64,000 nt of DNA, taken from the NCBI GenBank assembly GCA_963816215.1, contig CAWFKB010000005.1, positions 5,309-69,308 on the forward strand. The letters run 5' to 3'. The translations under genes and the position numbers were made by a program. Below are positions 1 to 8,745 of the stretch, one piece after another; positions within the stretch are counted from its first letter, which is position 1; every line of letters begins with the position of its first letter. Below the pieces are notes generated by a model. That model saw nothing but the letters and a program-made list of their open reading frames with translations, did not search any database and was not told where the DNA came from. This stretch comes from an uncultured Chloroflexia bacterium (GTDB taxonomy: Bacteria > Chloroflexota > Limnocylindria > QHBO01).

Positions 1-323
1 GTCCAGAAGGCCGGGCCCCCTTCCCAGGTTCCGGCCGCCACCCCGCATTCCTCGGCCAGCTCCCGCTCGGCCGTCATGCGCGGATCTTCCCCCGGATCGT
101 GGGTCCCGGCCGGGAGCTCCAACGTCACCCGCCCCGCGGCCTGGCGCCACTGCCGAACGACCGCCAGCCGTTCCCCATTCCAGGCCAGGATTGCCACCGC
201 ACCGGGGTGCTCCACGATCTCGCGGGTCGCCGGCCGCCCGCTGGCCATGGTTACCTCGTCGACCCGCACCTGCAGGAGGCGCCCTTCGAACACCCGCCTG
301 GAACTGACAGTGCGCTCGTCCAT
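1..323 (-). CDS. NUDIX hydrolase (ADP-ribose pyrophosphatase-like); 3' end cut by window edge
   Basis: Reverse translation from ATG (top coordinate 323, GGAGGA Shine-Dalgarno 8 nt upstream) gives MDERTVSSRRVFEGRLLQVRVDEV...ELPAGTHDPGEDPRMTAERELAEECG. This is a canonical Nudix box (GX5EX7REUXEEXGU). It is absent from the ORF track because there is no stop inside the window. An alternative in-frame ATG lies at 338. Confidence 0.72.
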   Translation of the reverse strand, partial: MDERTVSSRRVFEGRLLQVRVDEVTMASGRPATREIVEHPGAVAILAWNGERLAVVRQWRQAAGRVTLELPAGTHDPGEDPRMTAERELAEECGVAAGTWEGGPAFW

Positions 324-414
324 CGGTCCATCCTCCATGGGTCGATCTTGCCATGCCGCCAGGCCAATGGGGCCGCTTCCGGCCCACCCGGGTCCGACTG
401 CTAGCATCGAACCA

Positions 415-1350
415 ATGATCTCGGTCGAAGGCCTCGAGCGCCGCTTTGGGCCCCTCACCGCCGTCCACGACCTGTCGTTCGAGGTGCCCGCGGGCACGAT
501 CTACGGCCTGCTCGGCCCCAATGGGGCGGGGAAGACGACCACGGTCCGGATCCTGGCCGGGCTCATTGCCCCAACGGCCGGCACGGTCCGCATCGGTGAC
601 CTGGCGCTGGGCGCCGACAATCCCGCCATCCGGGGCATGACCGGCATCCTGACCGAGAGCCCCGGCCTCCACGACCGCCTCACCGCGCGCCAGAACCTCG
701 CGTACTACGGGCGCCTGTACGGCCTGACCGATGCGTCCCTGCGGGACGCCGTGTCGCGCTACCTGGAGGTGGTAGGCATGACCGATGCCGCCGACCGCAA
801 GGTCGGCGGCTTCTCGAAGGGCATGCGCCAGCGGGTCGCGATCGCGCGAGCGCTGCTCCACGAGCCGCGAGTCATCTATCTCGACGAGCCCACCAGTGGA
901 CTCGACCCGGAGGCGGCGAAGTCCATCCGCGACCTCATCGCCAGCCTTCGCGACGAAGGCCGGTCGATCATCCTGTGCACCCACAACCTGGACGAGGCCG
1001 AGCGGGTCAGCGACCGGATCGGCGTCCTGAACGGCAGCCTGCTGGCCGAGGGAACGCCGGACGAGCTTCGCCGTCGCGCCCGTCCGGCGGCCACCAGGGT
1101 CATGCTCGACGGGGGCTCACAAACGCCCGCGGACCTGGCCCAGGCAATCGGTCATCTGCCCTTCGTGCGACACGCCAGCGCCCTTGGCCCGAGCCTGTGG
1201 GTGGAGCTGGAGCAGCCCGTCAACGACACGCCGGAGCTCGTGCGCGAGCTCGTCACCCGCGGCGCGCGGGTCATGGCCGTCTCCGAAGAGGTCGCGACCC
1301 TCGAGCAGGTCTATCTCGAGCTGGTGGGGGAGGAGCACCATGCGGATTGA
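415..1350 (+). CDS. ABC transporter ATP-binding protein (ABC-2 exporter type)
   Basis: Walker A GPNGAGKTT, signature FSKGMRQRVAIARAL, Walker B VIYLDEPTSGLD. The track ORF 76..1350 over-extends the N-terminus through the antisense of the Nudix gene. A start at the MISVEGLERRFG motif is typical for NBDs. Confidence 0.85.
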   Translation: MISVEGLERRFGPLTAVHDLSFEVPAGTIYGLLGPNGAGKTTTVRILAGLIAPTAGTVRIGDLALGADNPAIRGMTGILTESPGLHDRLTARQNLAYYGRLYGLTDASLRDAVSRYLEVVGMTDAADRKVGGFSKGMRQRVAIARALLHEPRVIYLDEPTSGLDPEAAKSIRDLIASLRDEGRSIILCTHNLDEAERVSDRIGVLNGSLLAEGTPDELRRRARPAATRVMLDGGSQTPADLAQAIGHLPFVRHASALGPSLWVELEQPVNDTPELVRELVTRGARVMAVSEEVATLEQVYLELVGEEHHAD

Positions 1351-2131
1351 CCTGATCCTGACCGTGTTCGGGAAGGAGTGGCGCGAGATCTCCTCGAACC
1401 GGCTCCTGCTGGGCGCCGTGGCGGCCCCGGCGATCATCTTCGCCGCCATCCCGACGGCCATCGTGGCCTTCATCCAGATCAACGACCTGGACATGTCCCA
1501 GCTGGGCCAGATCGAGTCCATGCTGTCCGCCTTCCCGGGGCTTCCGCCCAAGCTCGCGGCCCAGGGCTTCATCGTGACCAACTTCATGGCCTACTTCCTG
1601 CTGATCCCGGCCATGGTCCCCATCGCGATCGCCTCGCAGTCGGTCATCGGCGAGCGCCAGGCGCGCTCCCTCGAGCCGCAGCTGGCGACCCCGCTGTCCG
1701 TGTCGGAGCTGCTGGCCGGCAAGGTGATCGCCGCCGCCCTGCCCGCGGTCCTCGCGACATGGATCGTGTGGGTCGCCTACGGCCTCATCAACGCGGCCAT
1801 CGCCGATCCCAGGTTGCTGCGGATGGTCTTCAGCCCACAGTGGATCGTTGCCATGGCCAGCCTGGTCCCGCTGATCTGCGTGCTGTCGGTCCTGCTGGGC
1901 GTCATTGTCAGCTCGCGGGTGAGCGACCCGCGCACCGCCCAGCAGTTCGGCGCGTTCGTGGTGCTGCCCATCATCGCCATCGCCGTGGCCCAGTTCCTGG
2001 GCGGCCAGGCGACCTTCACCATGACCCAGGTCCTGGTAGGCGACCTGGTGGTCATCGGTCTGATTGGGGCGCTCCTGGCCATCGGTTCGTGGGCATTTGA
2101 TCGGGAGGAGATCCTGACCCGCCTCGGCTGA
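1340..2131 (+). CDS. ABC-2 type transporter permease
   Basis: ATG at 1340 overlaps the upstream stop. The protein has six hydrophobic segments of the ABC-2/DrrB/NodJ type and is coupled to the ATPase. Confidence 0.75.
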   Translation: MRIDLILTVFGKEWREISSNRLLLGAVAAPAIIFAAIPTAIVAFIQINDLDMSQLGQIESMLSAFPGLPPKLAAQGFIVTNFMAYFLLIPAMVPIAIASQSVIGERQARSLEPQLATPLSVSELLAGKVIAAALPAVLATWIVWVAYGLINAAIADPRLLRMVFSPQWIVAMASLVPLICVLSVLLGVIVSSRVSDPRTAQQFGAFVVLPIIAIAVAQFLGGQATFTMTQVLVGDLVVIGLIGALLAIGSWAFDREEILTRLG

Positions 2132-2181
2132 GGCCGCCCTGTTTCGGTCTCGGCACGGTTCGGGCTACACTCCGGCCCCGC

Positions 2182-2258
2182 GGTGGCCTTAGCTCAACTG
2201 GTAGAGCATCGGATTGTGGCTCCGAAGGTTACGGGTTCAAGCCCCGTAGGCCACCCCA
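2182..2258 (+). tRNA. tRNA-His (anticodon GTG), with G-1 and encoded CCA
   Basis: Cloverleaf read by eye: acceptor GTGGCCT/AGGCCAC, extra 5' G opposite discriminator C, D arm GCTC..GAGC, anticodon loop TTGTGGC, T arm ACGGG-TTCAAGC-CCCGT, 3' CCA. Confidence 0.85.
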
Positions 2259-2271
2259 TCGACAGGAGGGT

Positions 2272-2805
2272 GTGATGACCGCCGAACAACCGCCGCCGCC
2301 CGTATCAGACCCAGCCGCTCCGCCGCCCGCACCTCCCGCGGGATGGACACCCCCGCCGCCCGCACCCGTGGCCGGCCCCGCTCCGGGCCTCCGCTACGGA
2401 GGATTCTGGGTCCGGGTTGTGGCCTTCATCCTCGACGGCATTGTCCTGGGCGTCATCACCGCGGCCCTCGGCCCGATCCTTGGTCAGACGGCCGTCACCA
2501 TCGAGAATGGCGTCTACACCGTCAACTACACGAGCACTGCCCTGAGCGGGCTCATCGGCCTCGTCTACTGGGTTGGCTTCTGGGGCTGGCGGGGCCAGAG
2601 CCCGGGAATGATCCCGTTCAACATGCGGATCGTCATGGCCGACGACGGGAGCAAGGTGGACGTCGTCCGTTCGCTGCTCCGCTACGTGGGCCTGATCATC
2701 AGTTTCGTGATCCTGTTCCTGGGCGTGATCTGGGTCGGGTTCGACCGGCGCAAGCAGGGGTGGCACGACAAGATCGCCGGAACCGTGGTGGTGCGACCGG
2801 CCTGA
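2272..2805 (+). CDS. RDD family membrane protein
   Basis: Pro-rich N-terminus followed by a hydrophobic core and a GFDRRKQGWHDKIAGTVVV motif typical of RDD domain proteins. Confidence 0.7.
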   Translation: MMTAEQPPPPVSDPAAPPPAPPAGWTPPPPAPVAGPAPGLRYGGFWVRVVAFILDGIVLGVITAALGPILGQTAVTIENGVYTVNYTSTALSGLIGLVYWVGFWGWRGQSPGMIPFNMRIVMADDGSKVDVVRSLLRYVGLIISFVILFLGVIWVGFDRRKQGWHDKIAGTVVVRPA

Positions 2806-2945
2806 CCACGGTCCACGCCTGCCCCCGACCTGATGGTCCGGGGCAGTCCGGGGACGACCGGACTAGTGACGATCCTGGTGAGCCCCCCTAGCCTCTGAGC
2901 ACTGTCCGCCACCCAGGCGGTGAGCTCCAGGGGGTGCTCGTCCAC

Positions 2946-3869
2946 ATGCCCTCCGCGCCTCGTGCGCCACGGCGTCAACCCAACGTCCTTGCCCGCGCCA
3001 CGACCCTGGCGGGAAGCGCGCTGCTCGCGGCCGCGGTCCTGGCAGGAGCAGGCGCCGCCCCGGTCACCGGTTGGAACCAGGGCGCAGCCGAGGCGACGCT
3101 GTGGCAGCTCCTGAACGGCGCGCGGGCCAATAACGGCCTCAACGTGCTCATTCAGCACGGCACCCTGTTGTCCATCGCCCGCTGGCGCAGCCAGGACATG
3201 GTCCAGCGCAGCTACTTCAGCCACACGATCCTGGGCACCAGCTATCAGGTCTATCACTGGTATGACCTCAACGGGGTGGCGTACTCGCTGGGTGGCGAGA
3301 ACATCGCCTGGAACAACGGCTACTCCGACGCCGACTCTCCGATTGCCGCCCACAACGGCTTCATGGGCTCCCAGGGCCACCGCGACAACATCCTCCGGCC
3401 CGGCTTTACCCACGGGGCGGTTGGTGCCTATGGCGCCGACAACGTCTCGTTCCTCGGCTCCGTCCGCAGCCCGCGCGTCTACACCGAGCTGTTCCTGACC
3501 TCCCCTGGCGGTGGTGGTGGTGGCGGCGGCGGCGGCGGTGGTGGCGGCGGCGGTGGTGGTGGTGGCGGCGGCGGCGGTGGTGGCGGCGGCGGCGGTTATT
3601 ACACGCCCGCACCCCCTCCTCCCCTTCCGCCTCGGGTCGTCCCGGCCCCGGTCAAGCCCGCCTCGGCCCAGCCCATGAACGGCACGGGCCGCCTGGTCCA
3701 CGCCACGGCTCTGGATCTGCCCAACCGCGCGTGGGCGGGTGCCGACACACGCGGCGCCCCCTCTGCGCCCGCGACCACGGCCAGCCTTCGGGTCGACAGC
3801 GCCCGACCCGCCGATCGCGGCGTGTTCGAGACGCTGCTCGGCTCCCTGATCGGGTTCCTGTTCGGCTGA
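2946..3869 (+). CDS. Secreted CAP/SCP (YkwD-like) domain protein with poly-Gly linker and Pro-rich tail
   Basis: Signal-peptide-like N-terminus (MPSAPRAPRR...AAVLAGAGA). CAP motifs SQDMVQRSYFSHT, GENIAWNNGYS and GSQGHRDNIL. Then 30 consecutive Gly and a PAPPPPLPPRVVPAP tail. Confidence 0.7.
   Translation: MPSAPRAPRRQPNVLARATTLAGSALLAAAVLAGAGAAPVTGWNQGAAEATLWQLLNGARANNGLNVLIQHGTLLSIARWRSQDMVQRSYFSHTILGTSYQVYHWYDLNGVAYSLGGENIAWNNGYSDADSPIAAHNGFMGSQGHRDNILRPGFTHGAVGAYGADNVSFLGSVRSPRVYTELFLTSPGGGGGGGGGGGGGGGGGGGGGGGGGGGGGGYYTPAPPPPLPPRVVPAPVKPASAQPMNGTGRLVHATALDLPNRAWAGADTRGAPSAPATTASLRVDSARPADRGVFETLLGSLIGFLFG
3507..3596 (+). repeat. Perfect (GGY)30 trinucleotide microsatellite encoding 30 consecutive glycines inside the CAP-domain gene
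   Basis: Uninterrupted GGT/GGC codons from 3507 to 3596, seen directly in the sequence. Confidence 0.9.
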
Positions 3870-3912
3870 TCCCCGCGTCCGGGAACTGTCCCCGGCCGTA
3901 TCCTGTCGCCCG

Positions 3913-4659
3913 ATGACCGTCATTCTCGAGGCCCGCGACCTCGTCAAGCGCTATACCGTCGGCGACACCGAGGTCGAAGCCCTGCGGGGCGTGAGCCTCG
4001 CGGTGGAGCGCGGCGAGTTCCTCGCGATCATGGGCGCATCGGGCTCGGGCAAGTCCACCCTCCTCCATCTCCTCGGAGGCCTGGATCGGCCCAGCACCGG
4101 CGAGGTGGTCATCGATGGCGTGGACATCAGCACCCTGAACGACGAGCAGGCCACGCTCACCCGGCGCGACAAGACCGGGTTCGTGTTCCAGTTCTTCAAC
4201 CTCATCCCCCTGCTGAGCGTGCGCGAGAACGTTGCGCTGCCCTTTCTGATCAGTGGCAGCTCGGTGGGCGAGCACACGGAGCGCGTGAACGCGCTGCTCG
4301 AGATGGTTGCCCTGACCGGCAAGGCCGATAACGCCCCCGACCAGCTGTCGGCCGGCGAGCAGCAGCGCGTGGCGCTGGCGCGAGCCCTGGCCACCGAGCC
4401 GGTGCTCCTGCTGGCCGATGAGCCGACCGGCAACCTCGACTACACGACCGGCGGCGAGATCCTCGACCTGTTGTGGCACTCGTGCGTCCAAATGGGGCAG
4501 ACCATCGTGCTCGTCACCCATGAGGCGCGGGCGGCGGCGTACGCGGACCGGGTGCTCGTCGTGCGCGACGGGAAGATCCTGGACGAGATCACGCTCGGCC
4601 GGCGCCCGGACCACGATCCGGGCCAGCTGCTCGCCCGGCTGGCCACGCTGGGGCTGTAG
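3913..4659 (+). CDS. ABC transporter ATP-binding protein, MacB/LolD/FtsE-like
   Basis: Walker [10 protein letters not shown], signature [15 protein letters not shown], Walker [13 protein letters not shown]. Paired with the downstream FtsX-type permease. Confidence 0.85.
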   Translation: MTVILEARDLVKRYTVGDTEVEALRGVSLAVERGEFLAIMGASGSGKSTLLHLLGGLDRPSTGEVVIDGVDISTLNDEQATLTRRDKTGFVFQFFNLIPLLSVRENVALPFLISGSSVGEHTERVNALLEMVALTGKADNAPDQLSAGEQQRVALARALATEPVLLLADEPTGNLDYTTGGEILDLLWHSCVQMGQTIVLVTHEARAAAYADRVLVVRDGKILDEITLGRRPDHDPGQLLARLATLGL

Positions 4660-4677
4660 GGAGCGACCGCGGACCGC

Positions 4678-7209
4678 ATGCGCCTGTCGGCCATCGCGTG
4701 GAGAAGCCTCACCGCCCGACCGGCGCGCACGCTGCTCACCGGGTTCGGTGTGGCGCTGGGCGTGGCGCTCGTGGCCGGGACCCTCCTCGCGGCTGACGCC
4801 GCAACGCGCGCCGTGTCCCACGCCGCGGAGGAGCTGTACGGGCAGGCCGATCTCCGGGTCCGCGCGTTCGACGCGGACGGGTTCAGCACCGAGTCGGTGG
4901 CGCAGATCCACTCCCTGCCGGGCGTGGCGATCGCGGCGCCCCTGGCCGAACGGCGGCTGACGCTCTCCACCCAGCCCGGACCCAATGAAGCCGTGTTCAC
5001 CCTGGCCGCGATCGGCGTGGATCCCTCGGCCGAAACGGCGCTCGAGCGGCCGTCGCTGTCGTCGGGGGCACCACTGAGAACTGACAACCCCAACGGCGCT
5101 CTCGTGGCCGCCATCTGGGCGGCGGGCTACGGCCTGGGCATCGGAGACGAGCTGCTCCTGGACGGTGCCAAGCTCGACACGCCGCCCCTGACCATCGTGG
5201 GGCTCATGGCCGACACCGGCGTGGGAGCCGAGAACGGGGGAGCGGTCATCCTCTTGGCCGGCGACACCTTGGATGCCGCCTTCGACCTCCCTTCGCCGGT
5301 GACGGCGGTGGACCTGGCGGTCGAGGAGGGGCGCATGGACGAGGTGCAGGCCGGGTTGGATCGGTCCCTGACCGAACCGTTCACGGTCGAGACCGTGGCC
5401 GACGCGGCGGCCGCCTTCGGGCGGGCGCAGGCCGGGTTCTCGGGCATTGCCTTCCTCCTGGGCCTGGTGGCGTTGAGCGCGGCCGCGTTCCTCGTTGCGA
5501 ACACGCTGACCATGACCCTGACCGAGCGGACCCGCGAGATCGGGCTCCTCCGCGCGGCTGGGGCCACCTCCCGCCAGATCCGGGGTCTCGTCCTGCGGCA
5601 GGGGCTCGCCCTGGGGGTCGTGGGGTCCCTGCTCGGTCTGCCGCTGGGGATTGGCCTGGGGGCGTTCCTGGTGAACGCGGTCGCCAGCCAACGGGCGGCG
5701 CTCGTGACGGACCTCCGCTTGGACCCGCTGTCGCTGGTCTTCGCGTTTGGCCTGGGCCTGGCAGTCACCGTGGTGGCGGCCTCCGTGCCCGCCTTCGAGG
5801 CCGCCCGCGTGAGCCCGCTCCAGGCGTTGCATCCATCCGGACGGCCCTCCGGCCGGCTGTGGCACCGCCTGCGCTGGATCGTCCTCCTGGAGCTGGGGGT
5901 GGTGGCCGCCGGATTCCTCCTCTACCCATTGGAACGCGGCGCGCCACCGGTGGTGGCCACGCTCCTCGCGGTTGGGCTGCTGGTGGGCGGCGCGGTCGCG
6001 ACCGGCTTCGTGCTCGATCCCCTGGGTCGCCTGGTGGGCGCCCCGTTCGAGCGCCTGTTCGGGGCAACCGGCCTCCTCGGCCGGGCCAACCTGGGCCGGG
6101 ATCGGGCGCGGACCGGGATGAGCGTGGCGGCGCTCACCATCGCCCTGGCCGCGGTGGTGACGCTGGCCACGACCGCCGCCTCGGCCCGCGGCACCGCCGA
6201 CCGCTGGGTCCAGTCCATCCTCCCCGGCGGCCACGCCATCCGGCTGACCGTTCCCTCGTCCATGGACGCGCTGCAGCAGACCATCTCCGAAACGCCCGGC
6301 ACCCTCGCCGCCACCCCCGTTCCCCAGCTCAACGTGGTGGCCACCGCGGACGGGGAGCCCTCCGAGGCGGCGGTGGCCGGGATCGATCCATCGGTATGGC
6401 AGGACGCCGGCGCGCTCATCGTCAACGGCGACCGCGCGGATGCCTTCGAGGCGCTGCGCGGCGGCGGGGCCGTTCTCGTCCCCGAGTCCTTCGCGACACG
6501 CACCGGGGTGACCACCGGCGATGTCATCCACCTGGCCATCCCCAGCGGGCTCGAGGGCGACTTCCGGATCGCCGGCCTGGTGGCCTACTCGGTCCCCGGC
6601 CGGAATGGCGAAGGATCGCTCCTGATCAGCCTGCCCGACGCCCGGACCACGCTCGGCGCGGAACTGGCCACGATGTGGGCGATGGTCCCCCAACCACAGG
6701 TGGGTGACGACGCGTACGCCCAATTCGTGTCCGAGAAGGCCACCCAGCTGGCGGGCGAGGCCCTGACCGCGGAGCAGCTTGCAGACCAGCTGGCCCGCTC
6801 GCTGGATCGGTTGCTTGGCCTGTTCGATGCGCTGGCGCTCCTGGCGGTGGTCATCGGTGGATTCGGGATCGTCAACACGCTCACCCTGGGCGTCGCCGAA
6901 CGGACGCGCGAGATCGCGGTCCTGCGCGCCCACGGCATGACCGTGGGCCAGGTGGAGGGCATGGTCGTCACCGAGGCCGCGATCATGGGCACCGTGGGCG
7001 GAATTGTTGCCGCCGTTGCCGGGGTGGCCGTGACCGGGCTGCTGGTGACCCTTGCCCCGCGCGACTTCGCCGCGGGGCTGGTCGTTCCATGGCCCATGGT
7101 GCTGGCCGTGGTCCTGCTCGGCCTGGCCGTGGCATCGGTAGCCGGCCTATATCCCGCGCGACTGGCCGGACACCGGCCGGTGCTGGCCAGCCTCAAGCAC
7201 TTCGAATGA
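4678..7209 (+). CDS. ABC transporter permease with two FtsX domains (MacB-like; lacks a fused NBD)
   Basis: 843 aa with two repeats of the FtsX four-helix module. The pattern FLVANTLTMTLTERTREIGLLRAAGA in the first repeat recurs as GIVNTLTLGVAERTREIAVLRAHGM in the second. Large extracytoplasmic loops are present. Confidence 0.8.
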   Translation: MRLSAIAWRSLTARPARTLLTGFGVALGVALVAGTLLAADAATRAVSHAAEELYGQADLRVRAFDADGFSTESVAQIHSLPGVAIAAPLAERRLTLSTQPGPNEAVFTLAAIGVDPSAETALERPSLSSGAPLRTDNPNGALVAAIWAAGYGLGIGDELLLDGAKLDTPPLTIVGLMADTGVGAENGGAVILLAGDTLDAAFDLPSPVTAVDLAVEEGRMDEVQAGLDRSLTEPFTVETVADAAAAFGRAQAGFSGIAFLLGLVALSAAAFLVANTLTMTLTERTREIGLLRAAGATSRQIRGLVLRQGLALGVVGSLLGLPLGIGLGAFLVNAVASQRAALVTDLRLDPLSLVFAFGLGLAVTVVAASVPAFEAARVSPLQALHPSGRPSGRLWHRLRWIVLLELGVVAAGFLLYPLERGAPPVVATLLAVGLLVGGAVATGFVLDPLGRLVGAPFERLFGATGLLGRANLGRDRARTGMSVAALTIALAAVVTLATTAASARGTADRWVQSILPGGHAIRLTVPSSMDALQQTISETPGTLAATPVPQLNVVATADGEPSEAAVAGIDPSVWQDAGALIVNGDRADAFEALRGGGAVLVPESFATRTGVTTGDVIHLAIPSGLEGDFRIAGLVAYSVPGRNGEGSLLISLPDARTTLGAELATMWAMVPQPQVGDDAYAQFVSEKATQLAGEALTAEQLADQLARSLDRLLGLFDALALLAVVIGGFGIVNTLTLGVAERTREIAVLRAHGMTVGQVEGMVVTEAAIMGTVGGIVAAVAGVAVTGLLVTLAPRDFAAGLVVPWPMVLAVVLLGLAVASVAGLYPARLAGHRPVLASLKHFE

Positions 7210-7240
7210 GATTCACCTGACCGATGTGGAGGCCTGACCG

Positions 7241-7675
7241 ATGACCGAGCTGGTGCTGGAGGGGACCCCAGGCCGCGAACTGGTGGGCCGGCTCGCCAAA
7301 GGGACCGATCTCGTGGCCGAGATCGAGCGGATCTGCGCCGAGCGAGGCGTATCCGCCGCCTGGGTCAGCGTCATCGGTGCGGTCAGCCACGCTGCCTACG
7401 CGTACTACCACCAGACCGAACATCGGTATCTCGAGATGGCGTCCGACTCCCATCACGAGATCGTTGGGTTCATCGGCAATGTCAGCATGCGCGACGGCAT
7501 GCCCTTCCTACACGCCCATGGCACGTTCGCCAACGAGGACGGAGCCTGCGTGGGCGGCCACCTCCTGCGCGGGATCACGGTGTTCGCGTGCGAGTTCACG
7601 ATCCGCGAGCTGACCGGCGTCGAGCTGGTCCGGACCTTCGACGAGGAGACCGGCCTGGCCCTGTGGTCGGAATAG
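7241..7675 (+). CDS. PPC domain (DUF296) protein
   Basis: 144 aa with the PCC/DUF296 fold signature (GxVsVIGAVSHAAYAY...HLHAHGTFANEDGACVGGHL). Confidence 0.6.
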   Translation: MTELVLEGTPGRELVGRLAKGTDLVAEIERICAERGVSAAWVSVIGAVSHAAYAYYHQTEHRYLEMASDSHHEIVGFIGNVSMRDGMPFLHAHGTFANEDGACVGGHLLRGITVFACEFTIRELTGVELVRTFDEETGLALWSE

Positions 7676-7807
7676 GGGACCCGATGAACCGAACTCGTCG
7701 GTCGTCAGCCTGATTTCGTACCGAGCCCGAATTTGCCGGTGCGAAAGACCGATGGAATCCTGGCCGGCCGGGCGCCCGAAGCGCCGGCCGGCGTCCGCCA
7801 GACCCTC

Positions 7808-8407
7808 CTAGCCTTCAGCTCCCACCACCGCGGGTGGACCGTCGGTGGGAGGCTGCGACTGCAGGAGCCACACCAGGGTGGTTCCGGTGATCACGCCGGC
7901 GACTGCCGCACCAATGGCGCCGATGACATAGGCCATCGCGGTGGGGCCGCCGATCGCCTCATCCACGGCGCTGATGACGACCCAGCCCACGGCCCAGCCG
8001 AGTGCGCTGGCCAGGACCCACAGCTCTGCCCGCGAGACGTGGCGAACGAGCACCAGCCATTGGGCGAATCCCGACGAAATGCCGATGACGGCTCCGCTCA
8101 AGACCACGCCGACGATCCCGGATTCGGCCTGCACGACGGCATCGGCCGCGAACTTGCCAATCGCAAATCCGACGATGCTCGCGGGAATCCACCACCTCAC
8201 TCCGGTGATTCTTTGTCGCAGGACGAACCACTGTGAAATTCCGATCGAGACACCGATCACCGCGCCATCCGCCGTGAACGATTCCAGGAACGACTTGAAG
8301 GCTTCGCAGATCCCGAACCCCACGAGCCACCCCACCGTGGTTGCCAGGACCCAACCCAGCCCAATTCTCCAGTCGGTCCGTGTGAGTGGTTGCCTGAGTG
8401 CGGTCAT
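7808..8407 (-). CDS. Hypothetical integral membrane protein with internal duplication
   Basis: 199 aa and very hydrophobic. Two related halves (ISQWFVLRQRITGVRWWIPASIVGFAIGKF and FAQWLVLVRHVSRAELWVLASALGWAVGWV). No recognisable family. Confidence 0.5.
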   Translation of the reverse strand: MTALRQPLTRTDWRIGLGWVLATTVGWLVGFGICEAFKSFLESFTADGAVIGVSIGISQWFVLRQRITGVRWWIPASIVGFAIGKFAADAVVQAESGIVGVVLSGAVIGISSGFAQWLVLVRHVSRAELWVLASALGWAVGWVVISAVDEAIGGPTAMAYVIGAIGAAVAGVITGTTLVWLLQSQPPTDGPPAVVGAEG

Positions 8408-8533
8408 GTGTGCCGTCCTTCTCGTTAGTCCGTCGCCATCTCGTGGAGCTCAGGAGGCCCACCGTACTCGGTGGCACTGCGGCCTGACTGCGGCGGGGAC
8501 TCGCCTCCGTCCTTCGATCCGTCGCGGTCGCGC

Positions 8534-8682
8534 GGTAGGATGTCCGCCATTCCGCTCAGTGTGAGCGTGAACGGGCGCCGGTAGCTCAGTGGATAGAGCG
8601 GGTGGCTTCGGACCAGAAACCCCGGAGCGCTGTGGCACGAGCGTCGCTCACCGACCAAATGTGACCTAGTTATCCGCTGTCA
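8534..8682 (+). repeat. tRNA-Arg repeat copy 1: promoter/leader plus truncated tRNA-Arg 5' half (8575..8616) plus a shared non-tRNA arm of about 65 nt
   Basis: GGTAGGATGTCCGCCATTCCGCTCAGTGTGAGCGTGAACGG then GCGCCGGTAGCTCAGTGGATAGAGCGGGTGGCTTCGGACCAG. This matches intact tRNA-Arg (12221..) through the anticodon loop. It then diverges into AAACCCCGGAGCGCTGTGGCACGAGCG..., which recurs in copy 2. Confidence 0.8.
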
Positions 8683-8745
8683 AAGGGTCGCCTAGCCGCG
8701 TCCCACATGGGCGGATGTTGCGCGTTCGGGCCACGAGGTGAGTGT

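Noticed and set aside
2682-3947. 421-aa minus-strand ORF overlapping the RDD and CAP genes
   Set aside because: It is antisense to two well-supported plus-strand genes and has low-complexity Arg/Gly composition.
3652-6933. 1093-aa ORF on the minus strand
   Set aside because: It is entirely antisense to the FtsX permease and ABC ATPase genes. It is Arg/Gly/Pro-rich low-complexity sequence typical of a wrong frame in 70% GC DNA. The plus-strand genes have clear Walker and FtsX motifs.
8425-8658. Minus-strand ORFs 8425..8658, 9975..10166 and 12071..12262 sharing the peptide LVRSHPLYPLSYRRPF
   Set aside because: These are translations of the antisense strand of the tRNA-Arg gene and its repeats. 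This is a known tRNA-derived ORF artefact. The shared peptide simply mirrors the DNA repeat.
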